DNA from: a virus | Lineage: Duplodnaviria > Caudoviricetes | Length of the DNA: 36,885 nucleotides | IMG/VR virus record: IMGVR_UViG_3300042376_000499 | Coordinates: 1-36,885 of that record | Direction: 5' to 3' (one strand) | In this document: piece by piece, positions 1-8,783 of the stretch | Position numbering within the stretch: the first letter of the stretch is position 1 | Layout of the letters: each line of letters starts with the position of its first letter | Translations under genes and position numbers: made by a program | The notes under the pieces: model-generated | What the model was told of the DNA's origin: nothing | The model's input: only the letters and a program-made list of their open reading frames with translations | Databases searched by the model: none

Positions 1-8
1 AGCGCCAT
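1..8 (-). CDS. Probable 5' start of tail tubular protein B (nozzle) gene, truncated by the window edge
   Basis: Minus strand reads TGA-C-ATG GCG CT directly after the adaptor stop codon. The nozzle gene normally follows the adaptor, and its 3' end is at 36370-36885. Confidence 0.55.
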
Positions 9-9
9 G

Positions 10-690
10 TCAGCGTCCAGAGATCCAGGAGGTGATGTGACCGGGCTTCACGTCGCGCTGGCTTGCGTCGGATGCGCGTGCCTGTCCGAGGTAGATGGCG
101 ACCATCTGCAGGCATCGCTGCCCCTGCCGTGCGCCCTCTTCACCCTTGACGACCGGGCCGGCAAGGAACGACGCGAGCTGCCACGACAATGCGATGGTGA
201 ACAGCGGGTCGAACTTGGTCGGGTCGCTCACCAGCGCCTGATAGCGCAGGAGCGCGGTTTCCTGGTTCGTGTAGATGATCTTGTTCCCGAGCGTGTCCGT
301 CTCAATCACGTATTCCTGCGGCACGTACACGCCAGCGGTCGTGATGGGCGGGTTCGTCCATCCGAAACCGTAGCGGTCGGCGGGATACGCACGCACGGTG
401 TAATCGTTTTCAGCCTCGGGCGGCAGCACGGCCACGGCGGTCATCATGTCGCCAGGGCATGCGTATGCGTATTTCCACATGGTGTACGGCATCGTCACCT
501 GCGCGAGGCTGACGCGCCGCGATGCGAACGACCACGTATGCATCTGGAGAAGCATGTCACGTGCGACCGGGTAGAACCGGGCGCAGTGCTCTGCTTGTGC
601 TGATCCCTCCGGCGGATCAATGCTTGCGACGGTGGCGTCGTCGCCGAGGTGCGCGAGCGCGAGGTTGCAGATCTCAACGACCGAAGCCAT
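10..690 (-). CDS. Tail tubular protein A / head-tail adaptor (T7 gp11-like), 226 aa
   Basis: N-terminal ASVVEICNLALAHLG, then ARDMLLQMHTWSFA, YAYACPGD and FDPLFTIALSWQLA motifs typical of podophage adaptors. GGGAGG RBS; lies after the capsid genes. Confidence 0.85.
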   Translation of the reverse strand: MASVVEICNLALAHLGDDATVASIDPPEGSAQAEHCARFYPVARDMLLQMHTWSFASRRVSLAQVTMPYTMWKYAYACPGDMMTAVAVLPPEAENDYTVRAYPADRYGFGWTNPPITTAGVYVPQEYVIETDTLGNKIIYTNQETALLRYQALVSDPTKFDPLFTIALSWQLASFLAGPVVKGEEGARQGQRCLQMVAIYLGQARASDASQRDVKPGHITSWISGR

Positions 691-707
691 GTAAGCCTCC
701 CGTAGGA

Positions 708-746
708 AGGGAGGGGCGCCGTGGTTTCCCGCCGACGCCCCTCCCT
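708..746 (-). terminator. GC-rich hairpin after the capsid operon (partial terminator or stability element)
   Basis: 11-bp inverted repeat AGGGAGGGGCG (708-718) / CGCCCCTCCCT (736-746) in the intergenic gap; only a weak U tract. Confidence 0.55.
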
Positions 747-767
747 GTTCACTAACTCGTTACAAGC

Positions 768-962
768 TCACTCCGATGCTTCGGTCACAGTGTTTCGAGG
801 CTTCCGCACCTTGCGAGCGTGCTGATCTTCCTCTGGCTTCTGCTCGGGAACATCCAGGTATTCCAGATTCCCGTTGAACGAACCGTTGTACTGGAAGACA
901 TCGCCTTCGTTGCGATAATGGTTGTCCACGAAACAGACGACTTTTGCTTTGACCTTTGCCAT
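768..962 (-). CDS. Small hypothetical virion-module protein, 64 aa
   Basis: AGGAG RBS; fills the gap between cement and adaptor genes. Confidence 0.7.
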   Translation of the reverse strand: MAKVKAKVVCFVDNHYRNEGDVFQYNGSFNGNLEYLDVPEQKPEEDQHARKVRKPRNTVTEASE

Positions 963-974
963 CGGAGTCTCCTA

Positions 975-1451
975 TCAGATCACCGAGAAGCCGGAGGCGT
1001 AGAACTTGCGGCCGTCCTGGATGTCCATGACGACGTAAGCGCACACGCTGCCGGTGGTCGGGGTGGTTCCGACCGTGGTGTACCGAGCGCCGATGTACCG
1101 CTGTCCGGTAGACAGGAGCTGCGGATTGAAACGCACAGAGAACTGCGCGTTCGCCGTCAGGCTTGCCTGCAAGACAGGGCCAGACGAACCGATCACCTTC
1201 ACGTCAGTTGAGAGAGCGGCGTTGGTCGCGCCGATGATCTCAAACGTCAGGGACGTGAGGTTGTTGTAGGCCGCGACAGTGACGAAGTTCATGAACAGAT
1301 CAGAGCCTTCGCCAATGTCACGGGCGACCGAAAGGTCAATCGTGTCGGTCGAAAGAACGGGAGTACCGGAAACAGGAAGCGCCGCCTGTCCGGTAGCGAC
1401 ACCAGTCGCAGGGACGGTTCCAGACACAACGAGGAGATTATCAAGAATCAT
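975..1451 (-). CDS. Capsid cement/decoration protein (Bbp16-like), 158 aa
   Basis: MILDNLL start, STDTIDL...RDIGEG and QRYIGARYT motifs; immediately downstream of the major capsid gene. Confidence 0.8.
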   Translation of the reverse strand: MILDNLLVVSGTVPATGVATGQAALPVSGTPVLSTDTIDLSVARDIGEGSDLFMNFVTVAAYNNLTSLTFEIIGATNAALSTDVKVIGSSGPVLQASLTANAQFSVRFNPQLLSTGQRYIGARYTTVGTTPTTGSVCAYVVMDIQDGRKFYASGFSVI

Positions 1452-1484
1452 GGTGAGTTCCTTCTTTCTTGTTGATGGGAGCTA

Positions 1485-2513
1485 TCAGCTCACCACGGCT
1501 TCGGTGTTGATGATCGCGTCAACCTTGCGGCACGGAACGCCCTGGAAAGTCAGCCAGCTGTACGGCGTGCCGAACTGCGAAAGACCGTCGTTGACCTTCA
1601 GGACTGCCTGGCTCTTATCGAGCGCAGCAATCGCAAGGCCGCTGTGGACGGTACGGTTCATGTAGAACGCGGCGCGACCCATTGCCATGTTCGGGATGCG
1701 ATACAGAGCACGGCTCATCATCTTGATGATGGCAGTGGATACGCTCGCAGACTGGGTGTTGTCCTGACTCATCAGGTGGGTCGTGTTGATGTTGCAGACT
1801 CGCACGACGTAACGCCAGTCCTTCACGACCAGGCCGTTCTTCCACTGGTAACGGGTTGCATAAGCCTGGAGACGGTTGTTGCCGTCATACACGGTCTGCT
1901 CGCCGAGATCCTCGTGCATGAGGCCAGCGGTCGAACCCTTCGGGAACGGGCAGTAGACGGTGTTGTCACCCCAAACCACCAGATAGATCGAAGTGTTCGC
2001 GGTCGCATCAGAACCACCAGCAGACAGGATGTTCTGCGAGTTGTTCGGAGAACCGGCACCGATGTCAGAGTAACGCGGCGCGAGGCCGAGGAACTGCTTC
2101 GGATCGGTGGCGGGGTTGCCGTAGAACAGCGTGGTCGCCTGCGTCTGATTCATGGCCTCGAGGAAGGCCACGTCTTCGGACAGACGGAACTGAGCGGTGT
2201 TGCCGTTCAGCATGGCGAGATCCTTATCGACCTCGCTGCGAGCCTCGAGGATGCCGCAGGCTTCATCGACCTGGGCAGTCGTGCTCTTGCTGTTCGGAAT
2301 GCCCTGGTTGAGGGCGCGCCAGTACACGGCCGGCAGGCCGGTGCGGATGACGACGCGGTCGCCCGTGGGGAGGTTGCCTTCCTTGAAGACGCAGTCCTCG
2401 AGGATCTCGTTGGTCTGGGACAGGAGTTCCGCGACGACCGGAACGCGGCCCTCGGGATCGGTGCGCTTCGCCCAATCGGCGAGCGTCAGGTTGTTAGCAG
2501 TAATAGTTGCCAT
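1485..2513 (-). CDS. Major capsid protein (BPP-1 Bbp17 / epsilon15 gp7-like), 342 aa
   Basis: LTLADWAKR, ELLSQTNEILED, RTGLP..WR.LNQG, SEVDKDLA, GLVVKDWRYVVR and FQGVPCRKVDAIINTEA motifs. Confidence 0.93.
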   Translation of the reverse strand: MATITANNLTLADWAKRTDPEGRVPVVAELLSQTNEILEDCVFKEGNLPTGDRVVIRTGLPAVYWRALNQGIPNSKSTTAQVDEACGILEARSEVDKDLAMLNGNTAQFRLSEDVAFLEAMNQTQATTLFYGNPATDPKQFLGLAPRYSDIGAGSPNNSQNILSAGGSDATANTSIYLVVWGDNTVYCPFPKGSTAGLMHEDLGEQTVYDGNNRLQAYATRYQWKNGLVVKDWRYVVRVCNINTTHLMSQDNTQSASVSTAIIKMMSRALYRIPNMAMGRAAFYMNRTVHSGLAIAALDKSQAVLKVNDGLSQFGTPYSWLTFQGVPCRKVDAIINTEAVVS

Positions 2514-2534
2514 TGCTTGTTCCCTTTCGTGGGT

Positions 2535-3230
2535 TTAGGTGCTGGAGGAGTACATGGCGTCGGCGAGGTCATTGAACGAGCGGGGTCCGGCCGGCTTGGC
2601 CTCGCCCTTGGTGCCCGTGACCATGCTGTCCTCGCTGATCGCCTTCCCGGCGCGGAACATGAACCGGATTACTTCCGGGTGGTTCCCGAGGCCGGACTCG
2701 TTGAGCAGGCTGCGGAGTTCGGTGGTGCCGAACGCATCGAGCGCCTTCTTCGCCACGGACAGGTTCTCCGACAGACGCTCGCCGCCAAACTCCTTGTCGG
2801 CCTTGCTGCTGTCGGACCATCCGTTGCGAACTGCCTCGATCTGCGCCGCCTGACGTTCAGCCAGCTTGGGGCCGACTGCGTCAAGGACGCGCTGCGCGGC
2901 TTCCTGCGACAGGTTCAGTTCCTTCGCCACCTTCGAGTATTCAGCAATGACCTCGGAGTCGAATGATTGACCCTCCGGTGCCTTGAACTCGTAGATTTCC
3001 GGCGCGGTCGGCTTGGCGTCGGCGGGTGCCTCGGCGGCCTTGGCGTCGTTGGCTTCAGGAACCTTGCCGGCAGCGGCCGCATCTGCGGCTTGCTGGCCCT
3101 GGGTCGTGGTCGCCTTCTGCTCGCCACCGTACAGCTTCTCGGCCGTCGCCGAAAGGCTTGCGGTAGCACTAGATGCGGGAGCGGCTGTAGTGTTGGTTTC
3201 AGCCGTTTCCATCATCGTTGGTTCGTTCAT
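2535..3230 (-). CDS. Capsid assembly scaffolding protein, 231 aa
   Basis: Ala-rich N-terminus, APEIYEFKAPEG, AKELNLSQEAAQ, DKEFGG, GLGNHPEVIRFMFRAGKAISED; directly upstream of the major capsid gene. Confidence 0.82.
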   Translation of the reverse strand: MNEPTMMETAETNTTAAPASSATASLSATAEKLYGGEQKATTTQGQQAADAAAAGKVPEANDAKAAEAPADAKPTAPEIYEFKAPEGQSFDSEVIAEYSKVAKELNLSQEAAQRVLDAVGPKLAERQAAQIEAVRNGWSDSSKADKEFGGERLSENLSVAKKALDAFGTTELRSLLNESGLGNHPEVIRFMFRAGKAISEDSMVTGTKGEAKPAGPRSFNDLADAMYSSST

Positions 3231-3537
3231 CGTGTGCCTGTTCCTTCATCATTGCCGGATACTGGTCCGGGCAAAGCGCGTGGACCATGCCGAGCATCCG
3301 TAACCCGTAGTTCCTGCCACCTTCCGCGAATGCCATCGACATCGCGTTGGTGTTGAAGGAACTGCGGAACACGCCCGCCTGGTCCAGCAGCCGCCACACA
3401 ATGCGTCGGCCGCGCTTGCTAGACATGAGCCACTTCACGTCGGCCTCCTCGTTCTGTCGGTCAAGGCGATCACGAAGCTCTTTGTTGGCTCGGTCACGCT
3501 CTTGGCCCCGCAGGTCGAGGGGGTCGTAGTTGCTCAC
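3199..3537 (-). CDS. Bbp19-like conserved phage protein, 112 aa
   Basis: DVKWLMSSKRGRRIVWRLL...MAFAEGGRNYGL motif; between portal and scaffold. GTG start lies 6 nt below a -10 box. Confidence 0.8.
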   Translation of the reverse strand: MSNYDPLDLRGQERDRANKELRDRLDRQNEEADVKWLMSSKRGRRIVWRLLDQAGVFRSSFNTNAMSMAFAEGGRNYGLRMLGMVHALCPDQYPAMMKEQAHDERTNDDGNG

Positions 3538-3543
3538 GGCGGG

Positions 3544-3575
3544 ACTGTATCCCTGTGGCTAATGCTTACGGGTAC
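3544..3575 (-). promoter_or_regulatory. Putative late promoter, GTACCCGTAA-N16-TACAGT (copy 1)
   Basis: Decamer at 3566-3575 and -10 at 3544-3549; the same decamer and spacing recur at 6103-6134 and 24573-24604. Confidence 0.75.
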
Positions 3576-3577
3576 TG

Positions 3578-5290
3578 TTAGACCTCAACACCAGAGGGCG
3601 AGCCGTACCCCGAGAACATGTTCATCACGTCGGTCAGCGCGTTCTGCTGCCCGGTCGGTGCCTGCGCCATGTTCTTGACGCTCTGCGAGGTCTGCTGCAT
3701 CGCAGCAGCCTGTTCCTTCGCAGCCATCGCCTGATTGCGGGCATCGCGCAGGACCGCGACTTCCTTGTCGGCGATGATGAGCGACGGGTCCACGCCGAGC
3801 ATGTCGGCGTATACGTCGGCCCACTGGTCCTGGTCGAACTTGTCCAGGATGTCCGGCTTCATGCGGGCGATAGCACCGAGGTTGCCGACGAAACGGTCCA
3901 CGGCATTGGTGCCGATGGCGCGCTGCGCCTGCGCCAGCATGGACACGAACTCGACGTTCAGGTCCATTCCCTGCAATTCCTGCGGTGCGGGCGGCAGTGC
4001 GCCGGCAGCAACCATGCGCGTGAACGTGATATCCACGAGCGGTGACAGCAGCTCGTTGTGCAGGCGCTCGAGGACAGGCCCGAGCATGAGGAGCTTCTCC
4101 TCGTGGCGCTCGGCGACCTCGGTGGCCGTCATGCGGGTGTTCGGGGTGTTGGCAAGCATCAGGAACAGGTCCGCGTAGAACGAACCACGCACGCGCTCGC
4201 GGCAGTCCATGATGTCATTCAGCAGATACTGAAGGTTCAGGTTCACCTCGAACGCGGTCTTGATCCCGTTGGACTGGCCGTCGTAGTACGACACGCCGCC
4301 TGGGAGCGTTTCCACGTCGCGGTTCTTCATGGACGCTGGCACCTGGAGAGGCGGCTTCGTCTGGTAGTCGATGGCCTGCGCCTTGCGGAGTTGCTCGTGC
4401 TGGAGCTGCTTGATGTCTCCGAGCGCCTCCATGCCGGGGCTATTGCCGTAAATGTCGCCACCGATCACGGACCAACGCGGGCAGAGCGCCGGGAAATACT
4501 GGAACCCGCTCTCGCGCAGGAACACGCCGTCCTCGCCGCCGACCTCAAAGTAATACGAACCCCACGGCATGTTCTTGGCGTCGCGCTTGCCCATGTCGCG
4601 GTCTGCACGCGGTTCGATGCAGTGGATCACGGGCACCCACTGGTCGAGGTTCCCGGTGCGGTACATGTTCTGCACCGACACGCTGCACTTCTCGAGGCCG
4701 AACTCCTTGACCACCTGCGAAACGGTCATCTCAAACTCTCGGTACAGCGTGCAGACGCGGCCCTTCGCGTCGGTCGAAATGCAGTATTCGCCGCAGGTCA
4801 GCGGATAGTGGTGGATGACGCTTTGGTAGTCGGGAAGCAGGATGGTGGCTGCGGTGCCGAACGTGCCGAGTTCCTCGTACATCTGGTGCAACGCGTTGTA
4901 GGTGTTCGACTTCTGGAACACGCGCTGCATGCGCTTCGTCACGTCATCGAGCCACAGCTTGACAGGCTCGTACGAGTTGAGTTCCGGGTCCGGCGTGGCG
5001 AGGCGGAACCACTGGCGTGCCGGCGATGTTGCACCTGACATCATGCCGGCGCCAAGGACGCGCAGTGCGCGGGTGCCCGTGGAGTCGTAGATGTTGTTGT
5101 GACGGCGGTATCCGCGGTCGCGGTCCTGGCGGAAGTAGCGTCCGTTGCGCGGCAGGATGTAGGACGTGAGTTCCTGCCAGTGCGCGAACCACGACGCACG
5201 CTCGCTCTTGAGCTGACCCCACCGGGTGAACAGTCGATCCCGCGTGGGAGCGCCAGGATACGACGAGTTGTCTCCGGTGTACTCGCTCAT
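3578..5290 (-). CDS. Portal protein (head-tail connector, Bbp21-like), 570 aa
   Basis: IYDSTG..ALRVLGAGMMSG.TSPARQWF, YGNSPGMEALGDIKQLQ and MTATEVAERHEEKLLMLGPVLERL motifs. Confidence 0.93.
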   Translation of the reverse strand: MSEYTGDNSSYPGAPTRDRLFTRWGQLKSERASWFAHWQELTSYILPRNGRYFRQDRDRGYRRHNNIYDSTGTRALRVLGAGMMSGATSPARQWFRLATPDPELNSYEPVKLWLDDVTKRMQRVFQKSNTYNALHQMYEELGTFGTAATILLPDYQSVIHHYPLTCGEYCISTDAKGRVCTLYREFEMTVSQVVKEFGLEKCSVSVQNMYRTGNLDQWVPVIHCIEPRADRDMGKRDAKNMPWGSYYFEVGGEDGVFLRESGFQYFPALCPRWSVIGGDIYGNSPGMEALGDIKQLQHEQLRKAQAIDYQTKPPLQVPASMKNRDVETLPGGVSYYDGQSNGIKTAFEVNLNLQYLLNDIMDCRERVRGSFYADLFLMLANTPNTRMTATEVAERHEEKLLMLGPVLERLHNELLSPLVDITFTRMVAAGALPPAPQELQGMDLNVEFVSMLAQAQRAIGTNAVDRFVGNLGAIARMKPDILDKFDQDQWADVYADMLGVDPSLIIADKEVAVLRDARNQAMAAKEQAAAMQQTSQSVKNMAQAPTGQQNALTDVMNMFSGYGSPSGVEV

Positions 5291-5641
5291 TTAGCCTCCG
5301 AGGAGCGACGAGCGCCCAAGCTGAAGTTCCTGGGGATTTACGCCCGTCGGACCTGCCAGCATGGTGCTTGCCGGACCACCAGCAGCACCGGATTGGGCGG
5401 CGCCCATAATCCCGGAAACATCTGGTTCTGCACGATTAGCGGCGGCCATTGCCTGCTGGCTACGGCGCTGCTCCGTACGGGCCTTGGCGGCGGCAGCATC
5501 TTGTGCCTTTTTCTGCTGCCGAGCCGCATAGTCCTGCGCCTGACTTGAACTGACTGCGCTGTAAGCGGTTGCGCCTGCGCCAGCGGCTGCGCCTGCTGCC
5601 AATGCCCACGCTGCAAGTACCGATGCTTCTACGACTCCCAT
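5291..5641 (-). CDS. Small Ala-rich protein upstream of portal, 116 aa
   Basis: Hydrophobic N-terminus, coiled segment, C-terminal STMLAGPTGV...LGRSSLLGG typical of this gene position; abuts the portal ATG. Confidence 0.75.
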   Translation of the reverse strand: MGVVEASVLAAWALAAGAAAGAGATAYSAVSSSQAQDYAARQQKKAQDAAAAKARTEQRRSQQAMAAANRAEPDVSGIMGAAQSGAAGGPASTMLAGPTGVNPQELQLGRSSLLGG

Positions 5642-5642
5642 T

Positions 5643-6080
5643 TCAAATCTCCTTCATGACAACAATGTCGGCGGGCGTGTAGCCACGCCGTGTGAACGCG
5701 TTTGCAAGATCGGTGCCGGCTCGAGTGTGCCACAGCACGCGGGTTGCCCCGCGCTTTGCGGCTTCTTTCTCAGCGGCGATGATGAGTCTGCCAGCGGTAA
5801 TACCGCGATAATCAGGGCGCACAAACAACGCGTCATTCGCTGCGACCTTGATGGCAGGGTTGTGCATGTGATTCGTCACGGTCATCGTGCAGTACCCAAC
5901 TATCTCGTCGCCATCGAATGCCGCAAGAACGAACATCAGGCCAAGGTCAACAACGGCCTGATATGTTTCCACGGACGGCTTGAACTCAAAGCCAAATCCG
6001 GTTTCGTCCCAATTCTGACGCATGAGCTCGGTGATCGCGGGCATGACATCCGCGGGTTCAACAAGCGCAATGCGACTCAT
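5643..6080 (-). CDS. GNAT-fold acetyltransferase-like protein (alternative start at 6101)
   Basis: DALFVRPDYRGITAGRLIIAAEKEAAKRGA resembles the acetyl-CoA binding motif. Start 6080 preferred because ATG 6101 is only 1 nt below the -10 box. Confidence 0.75.
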   Translation of the reverse strand: MSRIALVEPADVMPAITELMRQNWDETGFGFEFKPSVETYQAVVDLGLMFVLAAFDGDEIVGYCTMTVTNHMHNPAIKVAANDALFVRPDYRGITAGRLIIAAEKEAAKRGATRVLWHTRAGTDLANAFTRRGYTPADIVVMKEI

Positions 6081-6102
6081 TGTGGAAATCCTGACGGACA
6101 TG

Positions 6103-6134
6103 ACTGTAGACCTCCGTCTAACGGTTACGGGTAC
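6103..6134 (-). promoter_or_regulatory. Putative late promoter, GTACCCGTAA-N16-TACAGT (copy 2)
   Basis: Decamer at 6125-6134 inside the last TerL codons; -10 at 6103-6108. Confidence 0.75.
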
Positions 6135-7461
6135 TCACCTGTTCATACGGGTCGTAGTCAGTCGGCCGCGTGTCGATGCGCTCGCGCACCTCGCGTGGCA
6201 GCATCTTGGCGACCGGGTACGCGAACGTCAGGCACAGCGCGTCGGCCATGTCCGGGCTTCCGCCGCCCTGGAGACGCTTCTTGATTTCGTCCTTCGACTC
6301 GAGCACGCGCTTGCCGGCAGCGTCGTACCAGTAGATCGGCGTGCTGATTTCCTGCTTGAGCGTGATGTCGTTCGGGATCGAGCCGCCAGCCTGTATCCAT
6401 TCGCGTATGGCCCACCACATCTCGGTGCGCTTGTTGATGAACAGGTTGGCGTAGGTTGCCTTGCCGCCGAACGCGACCTCGGTCACGTCGTATCCGAGCT
6501 GCCGCAGGCGGTCGATCACGCCCGCGCCGGCCCCGGCGTCGATGAACACGGCGTCCGGGTCGCGGTCCTCGATGACGTTGGCAACGGCTGCCGCCAGCGC
6601 CATGTTGTCGATGCCGTGGTGAACGATGGGCTTCTCCATGCGCAGCCCCTGGCGCAGGACAATCACGCTGCGGTCGTCACCGAATCTGGCCGGGTCAACG
6701 CCGACGATGAGCGGCTGGTCGATGATGTCGCCGTCCTGGTACTCGCGCTGCGACGCGTTCTCGGCATCGGAGAGGCTGATGAGCTGGTCGTCACCTGCCG
6801 CGCTGAAGTCGCACAGATACTCGCGTGCGAACGCCGCCTCGGGCATGTCGCGCTCCAGGCGCTTCACTTCGTCGGGCGCGAGCGCGTCGGTGTCGTACAC
6901 CGTGTACTTCGCCGCATACCAGTCCTCGAGGGAACCGCTTGCTGCTCGGTAGTACAGCTCGCTGAACATGTTGATTCCGGCGGGCGTGCCGATGAACAGC
7001 GCCCAGCCGCGGCGGTCGGAGAGCGCCGGCTGGATGATGGCCTCCCACACTTCGGGCTTGATCTGCGCCACCTCGTCAATGACGCAACCGTCGAGGCGCA
7101 CGCCACGCAGGGCGTCGGGGTTGTCGCCACCGAACAGGCGGATCGTGGCTTTGTTGTGCTTGAACGTGACGGCGAGGTCGGCCTCGTTCACGTCCACGGT
7201 CCCGGTGCGGATGAACGGGTCAATCCTCTGCTTCAATCGCGCCCAGGCGATGGCCTTGGCCTGTTTCAAGAATGGCGCGACATACACGAAGAACCCGAGA
7301 TCCGACGTGCACTTGACTGCCCGGTGGAGCAGCTCCATGAGCGCGAGTTCGGTCTTGCCGGCGCGTCGGTGCAGGGCGAGGACGGTGAACCGACGGCGCT
7401 CGAGGTGGCACCGCCGCTGCCATTCACGCGGGTCGTAGCCGAGGCGGATGGTCTTACGCAT
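6118..7461 (-). CDS. terL: Terminase large subunit, 447 aa
   Basis: Walker A HRRAGKT, Walker B CVIDE, IGTPAG coupling motif, nuclease motifs GVDPARFGDD and SPDMADAL. Confidence 0.95.
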   Translation of the reverse strand: MRKTIRLGYDPREWQRRCHLERRRFTVLALHRRAGKTELALMELLHRAVKCTSDLGFFVYVAPFLKQAKAIAWARLKQRIDPFIRTGTVDVNEADLAVTFKHNKATIRLFGGDNPDALRGVRLDGCVIDEVAQIKPEVWEAIIQPALSDRRGWALFIGTPAGINMFSELYYRAASGSLEDWYAAKYTVYDTDALAPDEVKRLERDMPEAAFAREYLCDFSAAGDDQLISLSDAENASQREYQDGDIIDQPLIVGVDPARFGDDRSVIVLRQGLRMEKPIVHHGIDNMALAAAVANVIEDRDPDAVFIDAGAGAGVIDRLRQLGYDVTEVAFGGKATYANLFINKRTEMWWAIREWIQAGGSIPNDITLKQEISTPIYWYDAAGKRVLESKDEIKKRLQGGGSPDMADALCLTFAYPVAKMLPREVRERIDTRPTDYDPYEQVSTRNR

Positions 7462-8023
7462 CGGGGACGCCCGTGATGACGTTCAGGCTGATGCCACCGC
7501 CATGCTCGAGCTGCTGCCTATCGCCGTACTTCTTGGGGTTCCACTTGGCGAGGAGCTTCAGGCGGGTCTCAACCTGGAGCCTGCGCCACGCAACCTCGGT
7601 CTGGTCAAGGGGCTGCGTATCGGCAAGGGTCACGCACTGGTCGGCGATCACGTCGTGGCCGTCCTCGCGTGCGCGTGCGATGCGTGCCACAAAGTCTTCA
7701 TCCTTGTCCATCCAGTGGTACACGGTGCGCCACTCCGGGTTCCCTGGCTGCCTGCACCATTCGCGCAGAGGCTTGCCGTTTGACAACCACGCGACGAGGG
7801 CGTCGGCGTGGTGTTCCGGGACGGCCTCAGGCGGCCGGCCTATCTTTCGCTTGACGAGGGCGTTTCCAGTCGGCTGGGAGACAGGCGCGACGCTGGTATC
7901 GGCAGATCTTGCTGACGGTGGTCCAGCGGAGTCCGAGGTGCTTGGCGATACGACGATATCCCCAGCGGTGTTCTTCGTGGAGTTCGCGGATCTCTTGGAC
8001 GATGGCCTCTGGGATCGTGGCAT
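7454..8023 (-). CDS. terS: Terminase small subunit (Sf6 gp1-like), 189 aa
   Basis: GRPP, LSNGKPLREWCRQPGNPEWRTVYHW HTH, RLQVETRLKLLAKWNPKKYGDR; overlaps the TerL start. Confidence 0.85.
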   Translation of the reverse strand: MPRSQRPSSKRSANSTKNTAGDIVVSPSTSDSAGPPSARSADTSVAPVSQPTGNALVKRKIGRPPEAVPEHHADALVAWLSNGKPLREWCRQPGNPEWRTVYHWMDKDEDFVARIARAREDGHDVIADQCVTLADTQPLDQTEVAWRRLQVETRLKLLAKWNPKKYGDRQQLEHGGGISLNVITGVPDA

Positions 8024-8081
8024 TGTGGTGTGTTTCCCCCACGCGGCGGCCGTTCTCGCCGTAGGCCGCGAGCTTTCTCAC
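7827..8081 (-). CDS. Small HTH DNA-binding protein, 84 aa (GTG start coupled to the upstream stop)
   Basis: GETHHNATIPEAIVQEIRELHEEHRWGYRRIAKHLGLRWTTVSKIC helix-turn-helix; GTGA overlap at 8078-8081. Confidence 0.7.
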   Translation of the reverse strand: MRKLAAYGENGRRVGETHHNATIPEAIVQEIRELHEEHRWGYRRIAKHLGLRWTTVSKICRYQRRACLPADWKRPRQAKDRPAA

Positions 8082-8224
8082 TTGCGCTTCTTTGCCTTTG
8101 CCTTCACGTCTGCGCGGTTGAACTTCTTGGCGACCGACATGGGGACTCCCACCTTCTTTGCGAAGCTTTGGGAGTGGGCGGCTGCTTGCATCAGGCGGCG
8201 CTGCGCCGGCGACTTGCTTGGCAT
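8078..8224 (-). CDS. Small basic phage protein, 48 aa
   Basis: MPSKSPAQRRLMQAAAH...FAKKVGVPMSVAKKF; TAATG coupling and AAGGAAG RBS. Confidence 0.75.
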   Translation of the reverse strand: MPSKSPAQRRLMQAAAHSQSFAKKVGVPMSVAKKFNRADVKAKAKKRK

Positions 8225-8469
8225 TACGTGGCTTCCTTGGCGGTAAGGGTGATCCGTAGTCCTGCTGCATCGGCAAGGGTGATAGCGGAATCGAAGGTGG
8301 CGGTGCGCTTCCCGATGACGGGCGCGGTGGACAGCAAGCACATCACGGTATGCGCTCGGAGCTTGCCCTGCTGCTCGAGGTCGCGTGCGACCTGGCTACG
8401 GGTTCGGCCCTGTGCGACGACAGCCGTGGTAACGGCTGCCTTGAAATCGTCATACGAACTAATATCCAT
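8224..8469 (-). CDS. Putative Cro/XRE-like HTH protein, 81 aa
   Basis: MDISSYDDF...GRTRSQVARDL...ATFDSAITLADAAGLRITL; ATG 7 nt below TGATATACT. Confidence 0.6.
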   Translation of the reverse strand: MDISSYDDFKAAVTTAVVAQGRTRSQVARDLEQQGKLRAHTVMCLLSTAPVIGKRTATFDSAITLADAAGLRITLTAKEAT

Positions 8470-8482
8470 TTCCCAAAGTATA

Positions 8483-8761
8483 TCAGGGTTTGCACAGGGG
8501 CTCGCCGAAATCTTCGGAGGTTGCCGCCCAGATGAGACGCGGCGTGCCTGGGCCGAGTTCGTTGGTTTCGATGTTGTCGGTGACGAACGTGCGTGCTTCG
8601 CCGATGGACATTTCGTGTTCGTCACGCAGGCGTGCCGCGATCATGTCTGCGGAATATACGGCGACGGGTATTCCTGACCGTTCGGTGGACTTGGGGTACA
8701 TGACCCCGAGGAGACAATCGTCCATGTTGGCGAGCAGAATGGGGTTTCGTCGCCGTCGCAT
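8483..8761 (-). CDS. Conserved phage hypothetical protein, 92 aa
   Basis: MDDCLLG...VAVYSAD...MSIGEA...NI...GPGTP pattern; ATG 6 nt below TAAACT. Confidence 0.7.
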   Translation of the reverse strand: MRRRRNPILLANMDDCLLGVMYPKSTERSGIPVAVYSADMIAARLRDEHEMSIGEARTFVTDNIETNELGPGTPRLIWAATSEDFGEPLCKP

Positions 8762-8783
8762 GTCGGCAGTTTACCGTGCCGTG

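Noticed and set aside
1644-2966. 440-aa plus-strand ORF, and similar long ORFs at 4058-5038, 6022-7476, 26518-28149 and 34377-35987
   Set aside because: Antisense shadows of well-supported minus-strand genes in GC-rich DNA; no recognisable motifs.
8640-8671. Partial late-motif match ATACCCGTCG-N16-CATGAT on the minus strand
   Set aside because: Three mismatches in the decamer, poor -10, and inside a coding region; likely chance.
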